Positions 1 to 10,098 of a stretch of DNA of 64,000 bases are shown piece after piece (the first letter of the stretch is position 1; every line of letters begins with the position of its first letter). Under the pieces are notes generated by a model. That model saw only the letters and a program-made list of their open reading frames with translations. It was not told the origin of the DNA and did no database searches. Position numbers and translations under genes: made by a program. Source of the stretch: Actinomycetes bacterium (GTDB lineage Bacteria > Actinomycetota > Actinomycetes > S36-B12 > UBA5976); the NCBI GenBank assembly GCA_037619625.1, contig JASJMK010000058.1, positions 7,450-71,449 of the forward strand, read 5' to 3'.

Positions 1-684
1 TTTTGTTGCGCAAGCCAAGCCAAGAGCCAACACCATAGCCCAGCGCCAAATTTTACTTCCGCTGGAATTTGCGTTGTCTCTATCAATAATCAAAAATCCA
101 AAAGCGGACAGCACAAAAAATGAAAGCGAAGTATCGAGTAGAGCTGTGCGGCTCATCGCAATGTGCAAGCCATCTAGTGCCAGCAAGAGTCCAGCAATAG
201 TTCCGATGGCATTTGAGTTAGTCAATCTTCGAGCTATTCGAGCCGTCAGCAAAACACTTAGAATTCCCAAAATTGCGACCGCAATTCGCCACCCAAATGG
301 CGTGGCACCAAAAATAGATTCACCACTTGCAATAATCCATTTTCCTACGGGTGGATGTACTACATATGAAGCCGCATCAGTGAAAATACTTTGATAATTT
401 ACGCCGTCGCTTGCTAACAGCGCTGCATCAGCATTATCAATAACTTTTCTTTCGTAGCCGAAATTCAAAAGCGAGAGGGAATCTTTTACATAATAAGTTT
501 CATCAAAAATTATTGCTTTAGGTTGCCCTAAATATGGCAGGCGAATAAGCGCCGCAAGCGCCGTAACGCTCAATGGTCCCCGCCAACCAGCCCAACCGCC
601 TGGATTATTGCTAACTAAATCCAAATCAAAGGCAGCACGTTTAGGTGATTGCATAACCTCTGGCGCGGGGGAACTAGTGCTCAC
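1..684 (-). CDS. pmt: Dolichyl-phosphate-mannose--protein mannosyltransferase (PMT/GT39 family), N-terminal 228 codons; gene continues past the window start
   Basis: Absent from the ORF track because it runs off the window. My translation of the minus strand from GTG (682-684) is open to position 1: VSTSSPAPEVMQSPKRAAFDL...LIRLPYLGQPKAIIFDETYYVKDSLSLLNFGYE...HPPVGKWIIASGE...LLDTSLSFFVL. FDETYY (DE motif) and repeated hydrophobic helices are typical of PMT. Divergent from rsmI as in M. tuberculosis Rv1002c/Rv1003. Confidence 0.75.
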   Translation of the reverse strand, partial: MSTSSPAPEVMQSPKRAAFDLDLVSNNPGGWAGWRGPLSVTALAALIRLPYLGQPKAIIFDETYYVKDSLSLLNFGYERKVIDNADAALLASDGVNYQSIFTDAASYVVHPPVGKWIIASGESIFGATPFGWRIAVAILGILSVLLTARIARRLTNSNAIGTIAGLLLALDGLHIAMSRTALLDTSLSFFVLSAFGFLIIDRDNANSSGSKIWRWAMVLALGLACATK

Positions 685-712
685 GGCTTAAAAATACAGG
701 ATTACGTGGCAA

Positions 713-1576
713 TTGCGGAATGATGGAGGAATGTCCGGTCAGTTATTTCTTGCAGCAACACCAATTGGAAACATTGGTGATGCTTCGGCGCGGCTTCGGG
801 AAGTTCTGGTCACCGCAAATGTCATTGCGGCGGAAGACTCGCGCCGAGCGCATCGATTAATTGCTGACTTAGGAATTGTGACAACGGGCCAAATTTGGTC
901 CTTTTATGACGCTGTTGAAGAAGCTAAGAGCCCGGAACTTATAAGTCGAGTGCTACAAGGCGAAACTGTAGTTGTAATTTCTGATGCAGGTATGCCCAGT
1001 GTTAGCGATCCGGGATACCGATTAGTTCAAGAAGCTATTGCCCAAGGTGTGAAAGTTTCAGTAATACCGGGGCCATCCGCTGTGTTAGCTGCGTTAGCGG
1101 TTAGCGGATTGCCGGTGGATCGATTTTCCTTTGAGGGATTCTTGCCACGCAAATCAGGAGAACGCAGAGCATTGTGCGAGTCCCTGCTACACGAACAACG
1201 AACTATGGTTTTCTTCGAAGCGCCACACAGGTTGGTCGAAGCGCTGGTGGATCTCGAAGCCGTTTTTGGCGCAGACCGCCAAGTTGTTATTTGCCGCGAA
1301 CTTACGAAAACTTATGAAGAAGTCGTGCGCGGAACTCTTGCTGAATTAATCCTTTGGAGTGACCGCGAGATTTTAGGGGAGATAACTCTGGTGCTCGCGG
1401 GTGCGCAGCCACGCCCTGCTGCCACGCCGGAACAATGGGTGACGTTAGTCCAAACCCGAGTAGAAGTTGGAGAAACTCAGCGAGATGCAATTGCTGCTGT
1501 CGCTCGCGAATTAGGAGTGCCCAAGCGAGATGTTTATGACGCCGTACTAATGGATCAACGCCAGCGAAAAAGTTAA
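713..1576 (+). CDS. rsmI: 16S rRNA (cytidine1402-2'-O)-methyltransferase RsmI
   Basis: 287-aa ORF with tetrapyrrole/SAM-methylase family motifs LFLAATPIGNIGDAS, ISDAGMPSVSDPG, IPGPSA, FFEAPHR. Start uncertain (TTG 713 or ATG 731). Confidence 0.9.
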   Translation: MRNDGGMSGQLFLAATPIGNIGDASARLREVLVTANVIAAEDSRRAHRLIADLGIVTTGQIWSFYDAVEEAKSPELISRVLQGETVVVISDAGMPSVSDPGYRLVQEAIAQGVKVSVIPGPSAVLAALAVSGLPVDRFSFEGFLPRKSGERRALCESLLHEQRTMVFFEAPHRLVEALVDLEAVFGADRQVVICRELTKTYEEVVRGTLAELILWSDREILGEITLVLAGAQPRPAATPEQWVTLVQTRVEVGETQRDAIAAVARELGVPKRDVYDAVLMDQRQRKS

Positions 1577-1601
1577 TCGTGATTCGCTCTACACTTAATT
1601 C

Positions 1602-3191
1602 ATGACCAGCAACAAAGCGTTTTATTTAACTACGCCGATTTACTACGTGAACGATGCACCTCATATCGGGCATGCCTACACAACAGTGGCTGGCGACCTC
1701 ATGACACGTTGGCACCGAATGGCTGGTGAAGACGTTTGGTTCCTAACCGGAACTGACGAACATGGACAAAAGGTTTTACGAACTGCAGTCGCTAACAACA
1801 CCGAGCCACAAGCCTGGGCCGATAAATTAGTTGAAGATGCCTGGCTTCCGGTACTTGATGTCATCGATGCGGCAAATGATGATTTCATTCGCACCACCCA
1901 GCCACGGCACACCGAGCGCGTCCAGCGATTCTTAGCTTCATTAAAAGATGCTGGTCACATTTATAAAGGTTCATATGAAGGTCCATATTGTGTGGGTTGT
2001 GAAGAATTCAAACTTGCTGGAGATTTAATTGCCGGTGAAGGTGACGACAAGCTCTGCCCGATTCATTCCAAGCCAGTAGAGCAAATCAGCGAAACAAATT
2101 ATTTCTTTAAACTTTCGGCTTTTGCAAACGATTTGATTGCTCATTACGAAGCAAACCCCCAAGCAATACGTCCAGAATCGGCTTACAACGAAGTTATGTC
2201 GTTTTTACGTTCGGGCTTGCAGGACCTTTCAATTTCGCGCTCAACTTTTGACTGGGGAATTGACGTTCCATGGGATCCCTCGCAAGTTGTTTATGTCTGG
2301 TTTGATGCCCTGCTTAATTACGCAACTGCAGTTGGGCTGGGAGATGAACCAGGAAGTGCCGGCGCGCAAAAGTTTGCAAAAACTTGGCCGGCTGATGTGC
2401 ATTTAGTGGGTAAGGATATTCTGCGTTTCCACGCGGTAATTTGGCCAGCGATGTTAATGGCTGCAGACTTACCGCTGCCAAAATGCGTGTTTGCGCATGG
2501 TTGGCTACTTGTTGGTGGCGAGAAAATGAGTAAAAGTAAGCTCACTGGGATTTCGCCACAAAGCATTGTTGACTTAATCGGATCAGACGCTTTCCGCTAT
2601 TACTTCATGCGAGCCATCATCTTTGGCCAGGATGGCTCCTTTTCTTGGGAAGATTTAGTTGCGCGTTACACCGCCGAGCTAGCCAACGGATTAGGCAACT
2701 TAGCTAGTCGAGTCCAAGCTATGGTGGTAAAGAATTTCGAGGGATCACTTCCAGCACCAGGTGAACTAACAGCCGCTGAAAAAGTGCTAACTGATCTACT
2801 AGTAAGAACTGCTGCGCAAGCTGACACCAGCATTCGGGCATTCGATTTCCAAACTGGGATCGTGGCGGTTAAAGAATTCATTGATGCGGTAAATCTCTAT
2901 GTAACTGAGCAAGAGCCGTGGACACTTGCAAAAAAGGAAGATGAGCAAAGTCGTCTTAGACTCGCAACTATTCTTTACACAGTTTGCGAATCCCTGCGCG
3001 CAATATCAATTCTGTATTCCCCACTTATGCCAAAAAGTATGGCTGCACTTTGGTCAGACATTGGTGCCAGCGAATCCAATCTAGGTAAAAACTTTTCTGA
3101 TTTGGCAGTTTGGGGACAGCTTGTGCCGGGTGTAAAAATTACTAAAAGCGAGTCACTGTTCCCACGCATTGAGGAACCAGAAACTATTTAA
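1602..3191 (+). CDS. metG: Methionine--tRNA ligase
   Basis: 529 aa; class I aaRS HIGH motif (APHIGHAYT), KMSKS motif (EKMSKSK), zinc knuckle CVGCEEF...CPIH. Confidence 0.96.
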   Translation: MTSNKAFYLTTPIYYVNDAPHIGHAYTTVAGDLMTRWHRMAGEDVWFLTGTDEHGQKVLRTAVANNTEPQAWADKLVEDAWLPVLDVIDAANDDFIRTTQPRHTERVQRFLASLKDAGHIYKGSYEGPYCVGCEEFKLAGDLIAGEGDDKLCPIHSKPVEQISETNYFFKLSAFANDLIAHYEANPQAIRPESAYNEVMSFLRSGLQDLSISRSTFDWGIDVPWDPSQVVYVWFDALLNYATAVGLGDEPGSAGAQKFAKTWPADVHLVGKDILRFHAVIWPAMLMAADLPLPKCVFAHGWLLVGGEKMSKSKLTGISPQSIVDLIGSDAFRYYFMRAIIFGQDGSFSWEDLVARYTAELANGLGNLASRVQAMVVKNFEGSLPAPGELTAAEKVLTDLLVRTAAQADTSIRAFDFQTGIVAVKEFIDAVNLYVTEQEPWTLAKKEDEQSRLRLATILYTVCESLRAISILYSPLMPKSMAALWSDIGASESNLGKNFSDLAVWGQLVPGVKITKSESLFPRIEEPETI

Positions 3192-5050
3192 GGTGCGGCA
3201 ATCGCTTCATTAATAAGATCCGCAAAAACTTTGCCACCTGACTTTGTTAAATGAACCCCGTCAGGTGCAAAGTATTTCTTTTGCCCCTTAGAGGCCGCAG
3301 CCCAATCAACAAAGCGAACATTTGGAAACTCGGCGACGGTAGCGGCAATAATTTTATTATTTGGCTTCATCCAGGATCGGGGTACTCGAACATTAACTAC
3401 GACAACACGTTTGCGATCAGTTAATCCTTCTATGGTCGTGCGGAGCACATCCTTACGCATAGTTCCATTCGTGCCCATATGTATGACGACTACTTGCCCA
3501 AGATTGTTTTCCGTTTGACGAAGTTTGATTCGCTCTGCAATGGCGTTTGGCTGACGAGAAACCTGTGCATCAATAGAGATTTCGCCAAGGACCTCCCGCA
3601 GACTATTACGTGCGCCGAGCACTACGGAATCTCCAAACACTACTGGTGGTAGCTGGTCTTGGATTTTCTTTTGCAATTCGGCTACTTCTTGGGCATTTAT
3701 TACTGGATCAGTGGATAGTGCAACCGCAGGTTGGGCTGCTATGACGGCAACTTCATTGATCGAAGTGATTCCACCGATCCCGGTGAGATTCCCAGCATCT
3801 GGCGTCGGCACTCGATACATTCCGACAAAGCTGGTGGCAAAAACTGCGGTAGCAAGCCCGACTGCAAAGTAACTTCGAGTAGCAGGTCTTGGCAGCCCTG
3901 ATTCGCGCCAAATTGCAAGGCGGTTGCCAATGGCGCCCTTACGAATTGGCAACTCAACTAATCGGTAAGAGAAATCAGAAATTATTAAGACAAGTGCGAT
4001 CTTGGCAATAAAAATCACTGGCTCTGGCCATTGCACATCGATACCAGTACGTAGCAATACAAAAACTGGCCAATGCCACAAGTAGATTCCATACGAACGA
4101 TCGCCAAACCACTTTAAAACTGGATTGCCAAGTCGAGCGCCAAACTTCAAACCAGGATGGGCGATGATAACTATTAAGGCTGCAGTGATTATTGCAAGAA
4201 CTAAAAATCCACCGCGATAAAGCCATTCATTAAACTCACCGACAAAAATAAAGAAGTAAGCAATACCAGCCAGGCTCAACCAGCCAATGCCATTCATCGC
4301 AGTTGCGCGATCTGGTGTTAAGCGCCTGGATAATCGTTCGGATCGCCAAAGCGCAGCAGTTGCGCAGCCAATTAATAAACCCATGGCATGAGTATCAGAA
4401 CCAAAATAAACTCGACTTGGATCATTTGGCAGGGGGAAGCCATTTGAAATTGAAAGATAAATCATCCAAGCAGTCGAAGCTAAAGCTAAAAACAACGACA
4501 CCGTAAATATTTTTTGGCGGGGTGTAATTCGCCCAAGTGGCAACTTAAATAACCCAATAAGTAACAACGGCCAAATTACATAGAACTGCTCTTCAATTGA
4601 TAAAGACCAAAGATGCTGAAGCAAAGGTGGGCGAGAAATGTTTACGAAGTATGACTGTTCAAAAAATAGATATGACCAATTCAATACAAAAGTAATTGCC
4701 CAAGGTAGGTCACGCCGCACTTGATAAGCAGCATCCATCACAAAAAGTCCAGAAACTAAAACACTCGCAATTAAAACTAAAAGTAATGCCGGCAGTAATC
4801 GACGAATACGTCGCAAATAAAAATTGGCACGATCTATTGTGTTGGTGCGAGTTAGTTCTTCAAGTAATAAGTTGGTGATCAAGAAGCCAGATAACACAAA
4901 GAAAACATCAACACCAAGAAAGCCGCCGGCAAGTGCTGAGATGTCAGCGTGGTAAATGATTACGGCTAATACAGCGATGCCACGAAGGCCATCTAGCCCC
5001 GGTAGCCTGCTGATCACTTTTTGCCTTTTGGTTCTAACGACAGTTTCCAT
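3188..5050 (-). CDS. Membrane acyltransferase (acyltransferase-3/OafA family) fused to an SGNH/GDSL-like C-terminal domain
   Basis: 620 aa. N-terminal ~370 aa are multi-TM with LDGLRGIAVLAVIIYH and WSLSIEEQFY motifs; C-terminal part has VVFGDSVV and HMGTNG (SGNH-like). Its stop codon overlaps the metG stop (convergent, TTAA). Confidence 0.85.
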   Translation of the reverse strand: METVVRTKRQKVISRLPGLDGLRGIAVLAVIIYHADISALAGGFLGVDVFFVLSGFLITNLLLEELTRTNTIDRANFYLRRIRRLLPALLLVLIASVLVSGLFVMDAAYQVRRDLPWAITFVLNWSYLFFEQSYFVNISRPPLLQHLWSLSIEEQFYVIWPLLLIGLFKLPLGRITPRQKIFTVSLFLALASTAWMIYLSISNGFPLPNDPSRVYFGSDTHAMGLLIGCATAALWRSERLSRRLTPDRATAMNGIGWLSLAGIAYFFIFVGEFNEWLYRGGFLVLAIITAALIVIIAHPGLKFGARLGNPVLKWFGDRSYGIYLWHWPVFVLLRTGIDVQWPEPVIFIAKIALVLIISDFSYRLVELPIRKGAIGNRLAIWRESGLPRPATRSYFAVGLATAVFATSFVGMYRVPTPDAGNLTGIGGITSINEVAVIAAQPAVALSTDPVINAQEVAELQKKIQDQLPPVVFGDSVVLGARNSLREVLGEISIDAQVSRQPNAIAERIKLRQTENNLGQVVVIHMGTNGTMRKDVLRTTIEGLTDRKRVVVVNVRVPRSWMKPNNKIIAATVAEFPNVRFVDWAAASKGQKKYFAPDGVHLTKSGGKVFADLINEAIAAP

Positions 5051-5100
5051 AACTGCCCCATGCTCAGAATAGATTACTCAGCCACCAGTAGCGTAGAGGC

Positions 5101-5922
5101 GTGAGTACAGGGAAAATAGCGTCGCCGTTAGCTGGCCCAGTTGTCGATACGCATTGCCATATGGATGTGGCCTTTGACGATGACTTTGAACTTGTAGATG
5201 TAACCCAGGCCATGTCTGCGGCTCGGGCAGTAAATGTTACGAAAGTTATCCAAGTAGGTTGCGATGTTGCGAGTTCCCGCTGGGCTGCGCAAACTGCCTT
5301 AACTCACCCAGATGTTTGGGCGACCGTGGCCTTGCACCCTAATGCGGCTGCTCATGACACTGATTTAACGAACTCACTCGCAGAAATTGCCCTCCTTGCC
5401 CAGTTACCGCAAGTGCGCGGGATAGGTGAAACTGGTTTGGACTACTACCGCACCGATAAGTCGCAGGCGCAAGCGCAGCACGAATCATTTCGCGCGCACA
5501 TTGATATAGCTCGCGAGGTAGGTAAGCCAGTTGTAATTCATGATCGCGATGCACATGACGATGTAATTAACACTCTAGAAACTCACGGTGCGCCAGACAA
5601 AGTGGTTTTCCATTGCTTTTCAGGTGATGCTCAAATGGCAAAGATTTGCGCGCAAGCAGGTTGGTACATGTCAATACCTGGTGTTGTGACATTTAAGAAT
5701 GCCCAACAACTTCGCGACGCAGTACTAGAAATTCCAGATCACTTATTGCTTGTCGAAACTGATTCACCATTTTTAACACCCGCCCCAAACCGAGGCCAGG
5801 TGAATGCTTCAACAAACATCCCGTGGACCGTTCGCGCAATATGTGAGGTAAGAGGGCAATCGGAGCAAGAAATTTGTGAACTTCTTTTTTCAAACGCAGC
5901 AAGGGTTTTTGGCCCCTTTTGA
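5101..5922 (+). CDS. tatD: TatD-family metal-dependent hydrolase/DNase
   Basis: 273 aa; motifs VDTHCHMD, GETGLDYY, VVIHDRDAHDD, HCFSG, ETDSPFLTP. Same locus position as Mtb Rv1008. Confidence 0.92.
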   Translation: MSTGKIASPLAGPVVDTHCHMDVAFDDDFELVDVTQAMSAARAVNVTKVIQVGCDVASSRWAAQTALTHPDVWATVALHPNAAAHDTDLTNSLAEIALLAQLPQVRGIGETGLDYYRTDKSQAQAQHESFRAHIDIAREVGKPVVIHDRDAHDDVINTLETHGAPDKVVFHCFSGDAQMAKICAQAGWYMSIPGVVTFKNAQQLRDAVLEIPDHLLLVETDSPFLTPAPNRGQVNASTNIPWTVRAICEVRGQSEQEICELLFSNAARVFGPF

Positions 5923-6037
5923 CAAAATCCGACTTGCCTTAACTGGGTAGTTAGGGGATAACGTGGAGTTTCGAGCATTTCTGTAGCCCTATGCACAAAT
6001 GCACAAGCCAGCCAATTGGCCAAGATTCGGAGTAGTT

Positions 6038-6844
6038 ATGACCAAACTAGGTCGCCATCGCGCGCCCGGTCGTCATGCCCGCCCGAAATCCAGACACGTT
6101 TCGCTGACCACATCAGCTGTGGCTGCAGCTGCGGTACTTCTTACTGGCGGCATAACTGCGGCGGCAAATAGTGATGAGCAACCGCTGCCTTACGTTGATG
6201 TTGCTGCGCTAGCAATTGACTCAACTGTGACTTATGACATTCGAGACCATGTAGTGAGCAATGCGGTCGTCACCGAAGAAGAAGATTTAGCGTTTACTAG
6301 CGCAGTGACTGAGGATGCAACTATCGCGATTGGTACCGAGATTACTAAGCGAAAAGGCGAAGTTGGAAAAGTTGAAGTTGCATTTCAAGTAAAACTTGTT
6401 GATGACAAAGAAGTCACACGCAGCGAGGTCAGTCGAACTGTGATTACTGAACCGGTGCAAGAGCAAATTATTCGTGGAACTGGAGATCCAAAGAGTTTTG
6501 CAATTGCTATCAAGGTTGCAGCGCAAGAAACTGGAACAAGGTCTGGTAACAAAGAATACGCAAAGCTTTGGATTAATCAAGAAAATGGTTGGGGTGAAAA
6601 TCAATTTGCTTGCTTGGAGACCTTATGGTTCCGCGAGAGTAATTGGAATCACAAAGCGACAAATCCAAGTTCCGGCGCATATGGAATTCCACAAAGTTTA
6701 CCGGGGAATAAAATGGCCACATTTGGTGATGACTGGCGAACAAATCCAGCGACACAAATTAAATGGGGAGCTGACTACATCGAGGATCGATATGGAACTC
6801 CATGTCAGGCGCTCGATTTCTTTTACAACAAAAACTGGTACTAA
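6038..6844 (+). CDS. Membrane-anchored or secreted G5-domain protein with a C-terminal lytic-transglycosylase-like (Apf/IsaA-type) domain; sits where rpfB sits in mycobacteria
   Basis: ATG 6038 preceded by GGAG (the ORF track starts at 5999). Basic N-terminus plus hydrophobic anchor (TSAVAAAAVLLTGGITAAA). G5-like segment (...TEITKRKGEVGKVEVAFQVKLVDDKEVTRSEVSRTVITEPVQEQIIRGTG). C-terminal motif ETLWFRESNWNHKATNPSSGAYGIPQSLPGNKM...TNPATQIKWGADYI. Confidence 0.75.
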   Translation: MTKLGRHRAPGRHARPKSRHVSLTTSAVAAAAVLLTGGITAAANSDEQPLPYVDVAALAIDSTVTYDIRDHVVSNAVVTEEEDLAFTSAVTEDATIAIGTEITKRKGEVGKVEVAFQVKLVDDKEVTRSEVSRTVITEPVQEQIIRGTGDPKSFAIAIKVAAQETGTRSGNKEYAKLWINQENGWGENQFACLETLWFRESNWNHKATNPSSGAYGIPQSLPGNKMATFGDDWRTNPATQIKWGADYIEDRYGTPCQALDFFYNKNWY

Positions 6845-6858
6845 ATCTTCTGACCTGC

Positions 6859-7713
6859 ATGCCTGAATCCACATTGCTAGGCGCCAGCGAAATTCGTGCG
6901 CTGGCCAAATCCTTGAACACAACGCCCACGAAAAAATGGGGACAAAATTTTGTCATTGACCCAAACACTGTTAGGCGCATTGTTACGCAAGCACATGTTG
7001 GCCCAGAAGACGTTGTGGTTGAAATCGGGCCAGGGTTGGGCTCGTTAACTTTGGCTCTACTTCCAAATGTTTCGCATGTTGTCGCAGTAGAAATTGATTC
7101 CGTTTTGGCCAATGCCCTACCCGCGACCATAGCTAAACATGCCCCAGAATATCTAAAAAATCTAACCGTAATTACAGCCGATGCGATGCAACTAACTGAG
7201 CTACCAAATAACCCAACTCATTTAGTTGCCAATTTGCCGTACAACGTTTCGGTGCCAGTGGTGCTACATTTTTTGGAAAAGTTTCCATCGATTCGCGAAA
7301 TTTTAGTTATGGTGCAAGCCGAAGTAGCTGACCGAATGGCAGCGCCTCCCGGTAGCAAGATCTATGGGGTACCGAGCGTCAAACTTGCTTGGTACGGCGA
7401 TGTTGACCGCGCTGGTTCAATTGGCCGCAATGTATTTTGGCCAGCACCAAATGTTGACTCTGGACTTGTGCGACTCGTTCGGAAAGATCGAAACATTGAT
7501 CCCGGGCTACGCAAGTTAATGTTCGCAATTGTTGATGCAGCTTTTGGGCAACGACGTAAAACATTGCGAACCTCACTCGGCAACGTTTTAGGTAGTCCAC
7601 AAGAAGTTGAGCAAATACTCAGGCTCGCCGAGATTGATCCAGGACTACGTGGGGAGCAATTGAACTTGGAACAGTTTGTGGCTATCGCACAGCATGCCAA
7701 GAAAGTACTCTGA
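6859..7713 (+). CDS. rsmA: 16S rRNA (adenine1518/1519-N6)-dimethyltransferase RsmA/KsgA
   Basis: ATG 6859 chosen; the ORF-track start at 6802 lies inside the preceding gene. Motifs KKWGQNFVIDPN, VVEIGPGLGSLT, ANLPYNVS. Confidence 0.93.
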   Translation: MPESTLLGASEIRALAKSLNTTPTKKWGQNFVIDPNTVRRIVTQAHVGPEDVVVEIGPGLGSLTLALLPNVSHVVAVEIDSVLANALPATIAKHAPEYLKNLTVITADAMQLTELPNNPTHLVANLPYNVSVPVVLHFLEKFPSIREILVMVQAEVADRMAAPPGSKIYGVPSVKLAWYGDVDRAGSIGRNVFWPAPNVDSGLVRLVRKDRNIDPGLRKLMFAIVDAAFGQRRKTLRTSLGNVLGSPQEVEQILRLAEIDPGLRGEQLNLEQFVAIAQHAKKVL

Positions 7714-8629
7714 TCTAGTGAGTAAGTCTGTAACTGTTCGAGTCCCAGCCAAGGTAAACATTTACCTTGGAGTAGGACCACGGGAATTTTCTGGGTTTCA
7801 CGAATTAGCGACTATTTTTCAGTCAGTTGGAATTTATGACGAAATAACAGTGACTGCTGCCGACTCGCTAAGCATTATTGGATTAGGCGAATTCGCAGAT
7901 CGAATTCCAACAGATGCCTCAAACTTGGCTTGGCAGGCTGCCGAGTTGGTTGCTAGAGCTTGTGGCCAAGATCCAAATGTCTTAATTCAAATTGATAAGT
8001 CGATTCCGATTGCTGCCGGTATGGCTGGTGGCAGTGCGGACGCCGCCGCAACGCTCGTTGCCTGTGATGCATTTTGGAATGCCGGAATTCCGCGCGAACA
8101 GTTAGATGAGATGGCAGCAACTTTAGGCTCCGATGTACCTTTCATGCTCCATGGTGGTTGCGCGTTGGGCGTTGGTCGCGGTGAAGTGCTTTCCCCAGTT
8201 ATGACTCGTGGGTCTTGGCACTGGGTATTTGCCACATTTAATGAAGGCTTATCAACTGCGAAGATTTATGAAGAGACTGATGAAATGCGCGGCCTAGATT
8301 TCTCGGAGAGCCCCGAAGTCCCAGCAGATTTACTTGGCGCCTTAACTCGCGGCGACGCGCAAACACTTGGGCGGCTGATGCATAACGACTTAGCGCCGGC
8401 TGCAATTAAGTTACGGCCAATCCTTGGTCGAGTTTTGGAGTACGGCATCGATTCTGGCGCTCTGGGAGCGGTAATTTCAGGAAGCGGCCCAACTTGCGGA
8501 TTCTTGGTACACGATGAATCAAGTGCGATTGATCTAGTCGTGGATTTGAAGGCTTCGGGCTTAGTTGATGATGTAACGCGAACTCATGGCCCAGTTCATG
8601 GCGCGCGAGTTATCTCGACATCAAGATAA
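7694..8629 (+). CDS. ispE: 4-diphosphocytidyl-2-C-methyl-D-erythritol kinase
   Basis: GHMP-kinase motifs VRVPAKVNIYLGVG and IPIAAGMAGGSADAAA. Start is ATG 7694 or in-frame GTG 7718 just after the rsmA stop. Follows rsmA as in Mtb Rv1010/Rv1011. Confidence 0.92.
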   Translation: MPRKYSDLVSKSVTVRVPAKVNIYLGVGPREFSGFHELATIFQSVGIYDEITVTAADSLSIIGLGEFADRIPTDASNLAWQAAELVARACGQDPNVLIQIDKSIPIAAGMAGGSADAAATLVACDAFWNAGIPREQLDEMAATLGSDVPFMLHGGCALGVGRGEVLSPVMTRGSWHWVFATFNEGLSTAKIYEETDEMRGLDFSESPEVPADLLGALTRGDAQTLGRLMHNDLAPAAIKLRPILGRVLEYGIDSGALGAVISGSGPTCGFLVHDESSAIDLVVDLKASGLVDDVTRTHGPVHGARVISTSR

Positions 8630-8647
8630 TCTCCTAGACTCACTTAA

Positions 8648-9163
8648 GTGAGCACATCTGATGAAGTCGATCGCATTGTCGATGCGTGGAAACGCGAACG
8701 ACCAGATCTTGATGTGGCACCACTTTCGGTCCTAAGTCGAGTTTCGCGATTAGCGCGACATTTAGATTTAGCGCGGCGAGAAGCGTTCGCTGCTTATGAT
8801 CTTGAGTCTGGTGAATTTGATGTGCTTGCCGCATTGCGCCGAGCAGGTAAACCTTATGCGCTAACACCATCTGCCTTAGTTTCGCAGAACCTGGTGACTA
8901 GCGGAACTATGACGAATCGAATAGATCGTCTGGAGCAAAAGGACTTAGTCGCCAGAATGCCGGATCCAACTGATGGGCGCGGAGTTTTAGTGCAGCTAAC
9001 CGCAAATGGAAAGTCTGCAGTGGATCGCGCGCTCGAGGAACTACTGGTTCGGGAAAATAATTTGCTGGCCAGTATCTCGATTGCAGATCGAACTAAGTTA
9101 GCAACGATTTTAAGAAATATTGTGATGCCATTTGATGAAGAATCAGCAGGCGTAGAAAGCTAG
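8648..9163 (+). CDS. MarR-family transcriptional regulator
   Basis: 171 aa with winged-helix core FDVLAALRRAGKPYALTPSALVSQNLVTSGTMTNRIDRLEQKDLVARMPDPTDGR. Confidence 0.85.
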   Translation: MSTSDEVDRIVDAWKRERPDLDVAPLSVLSRVSRLARHLDLARREAFAAYDLESGEFDVLAALRRAGKPYALTPSALVSQNLVTSGTMTNRIDRLEQKDLVARMPDPTDGRGVLVQLTANGKSAVDRALEELLVRENNLLASISIADRTKLATILRNIVMPFDEESAGVES

Positions 9164-9166
9164 AAA

Positions 9167-9946
9167 CTATTTAGTTTCAGCTTCATCTGAATTGCGGCGA
9201 CTAATGATTCGGGGATTACTTTCTAGGCCAACTGCGCCATTCCAAACCAGGTTCACTAAGTGCGCGATAACTTCGTCTTTTGGAGTCTCGCGTTCATCAA
9301 GCCACCATTGCCCAGTCAGCGCGACCATACCCACGAACATGTGCGCGTACATATCTGCCATTTGGAATGGAAAACCACGAAGCTTAAATTCCTTGGAAAG
9401 TAATTCTTCAACTCGCTGCGCAACATCAGAAAGCAATGAGGCAAAACTTCCAGTGGCCGTAGCCGTAGATGAGATAGCGGGCGAGTCACGCAACAAAATC
9501 CGGAAGCCATCAGTGTTGCTCTCGATGTAATCAAAGAGCGCACAGGCAGTCTGTTCTAATAGCAAGCGCGGATGCACTGCAGTCAAAGCATTGGTAATGG
9601 AGTTGAGCAAGAAAGACATTTCCCGGTCAACTACAACCGCGTAAAGACCATCTTTAGATCCGAAGTGTTCGTAAACAACTGGCTTTGAAACGTTCGCCTT
9701 ATTTGCAATCTCTTCTACAGTGACTGACTCAAAGCCCTTTTCTGCGAAAAGGATGCGCCCAACTTCAACTAATTGCGCGCGGCGCTCGTGTCCAGTCATC
9801 CGAACTCGATCAAAATCGCCAACCCGAGAACGACTAGCGGACTCTATGTCGCTTTCGTGATCATGTGCGATTGCCACTTCGGGATTTCCTTTACTTGGTG
9901 AAGTATTGCGCAAAGCAACTAAGATTTGCGCTGGTTGCAAGCTCAA
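9167..9946 (-). CDS. TetR/AcrR-family transcriptional regulator
   Basis: TetR HTH: FAEKGFESVTVEEIANKANVSKPVVYEHFGSKDGLY. The first ~50 aa of the 259-aa ORF are unsupported; the real start may be the internal Met (MTGHERRAQL). Confidence 0.85.
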   Translation of the reverse strand: MSLQPAQILVALRNTSPSKGNPEVAIAHDHESDIESASRSRVGDFDRVRMTGHERRAQLVEVGRILFAEKGFESVTVEEIANKANVSKPVVYEHFGSKDGLYAVVVDREMSFLLNSITNALTAVHPRLLLEQTACALFDYIESNTDGFRILLRDSPAISSTATATGSFASLLSDVAQRVEELLSKEFKLRGFPFQMADMYAHMFVGMVALTGQWWLDERETPKDEVIAHLVNLVWNGAVGLESNPRIISRRNSDEAETK

Positions 9947-10098
9947 TAGCTAAGACATTAAATCTACGCAGTTTTAGGATACTGCCTACCTAATTGGTGC
10001 TTACCGCGCGAAAATCCTATTCGTTTTGGGAAAGTTAGCCTCTGACGCATAAGATTTGCAGGCAGGGTAAGTGTTTGTTAGCAAATCTTGGCCCGTAT

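Noticed and set aside
74-394. 106-aa plus-strand ORF at the window start
   Set aside because: It lies antisense to, and entirely inside, the clearly recognisable pmt reading frame (FDETYY etc.), and its sequence is low-complexity. Shadow ORF.
6474-6866. 130-aa plus-strand ORF overlapping the G5 protein gene in another frame
   Set aside because: The G5/transglycosylase frame has clear domain motifs and the alternative frame has none.
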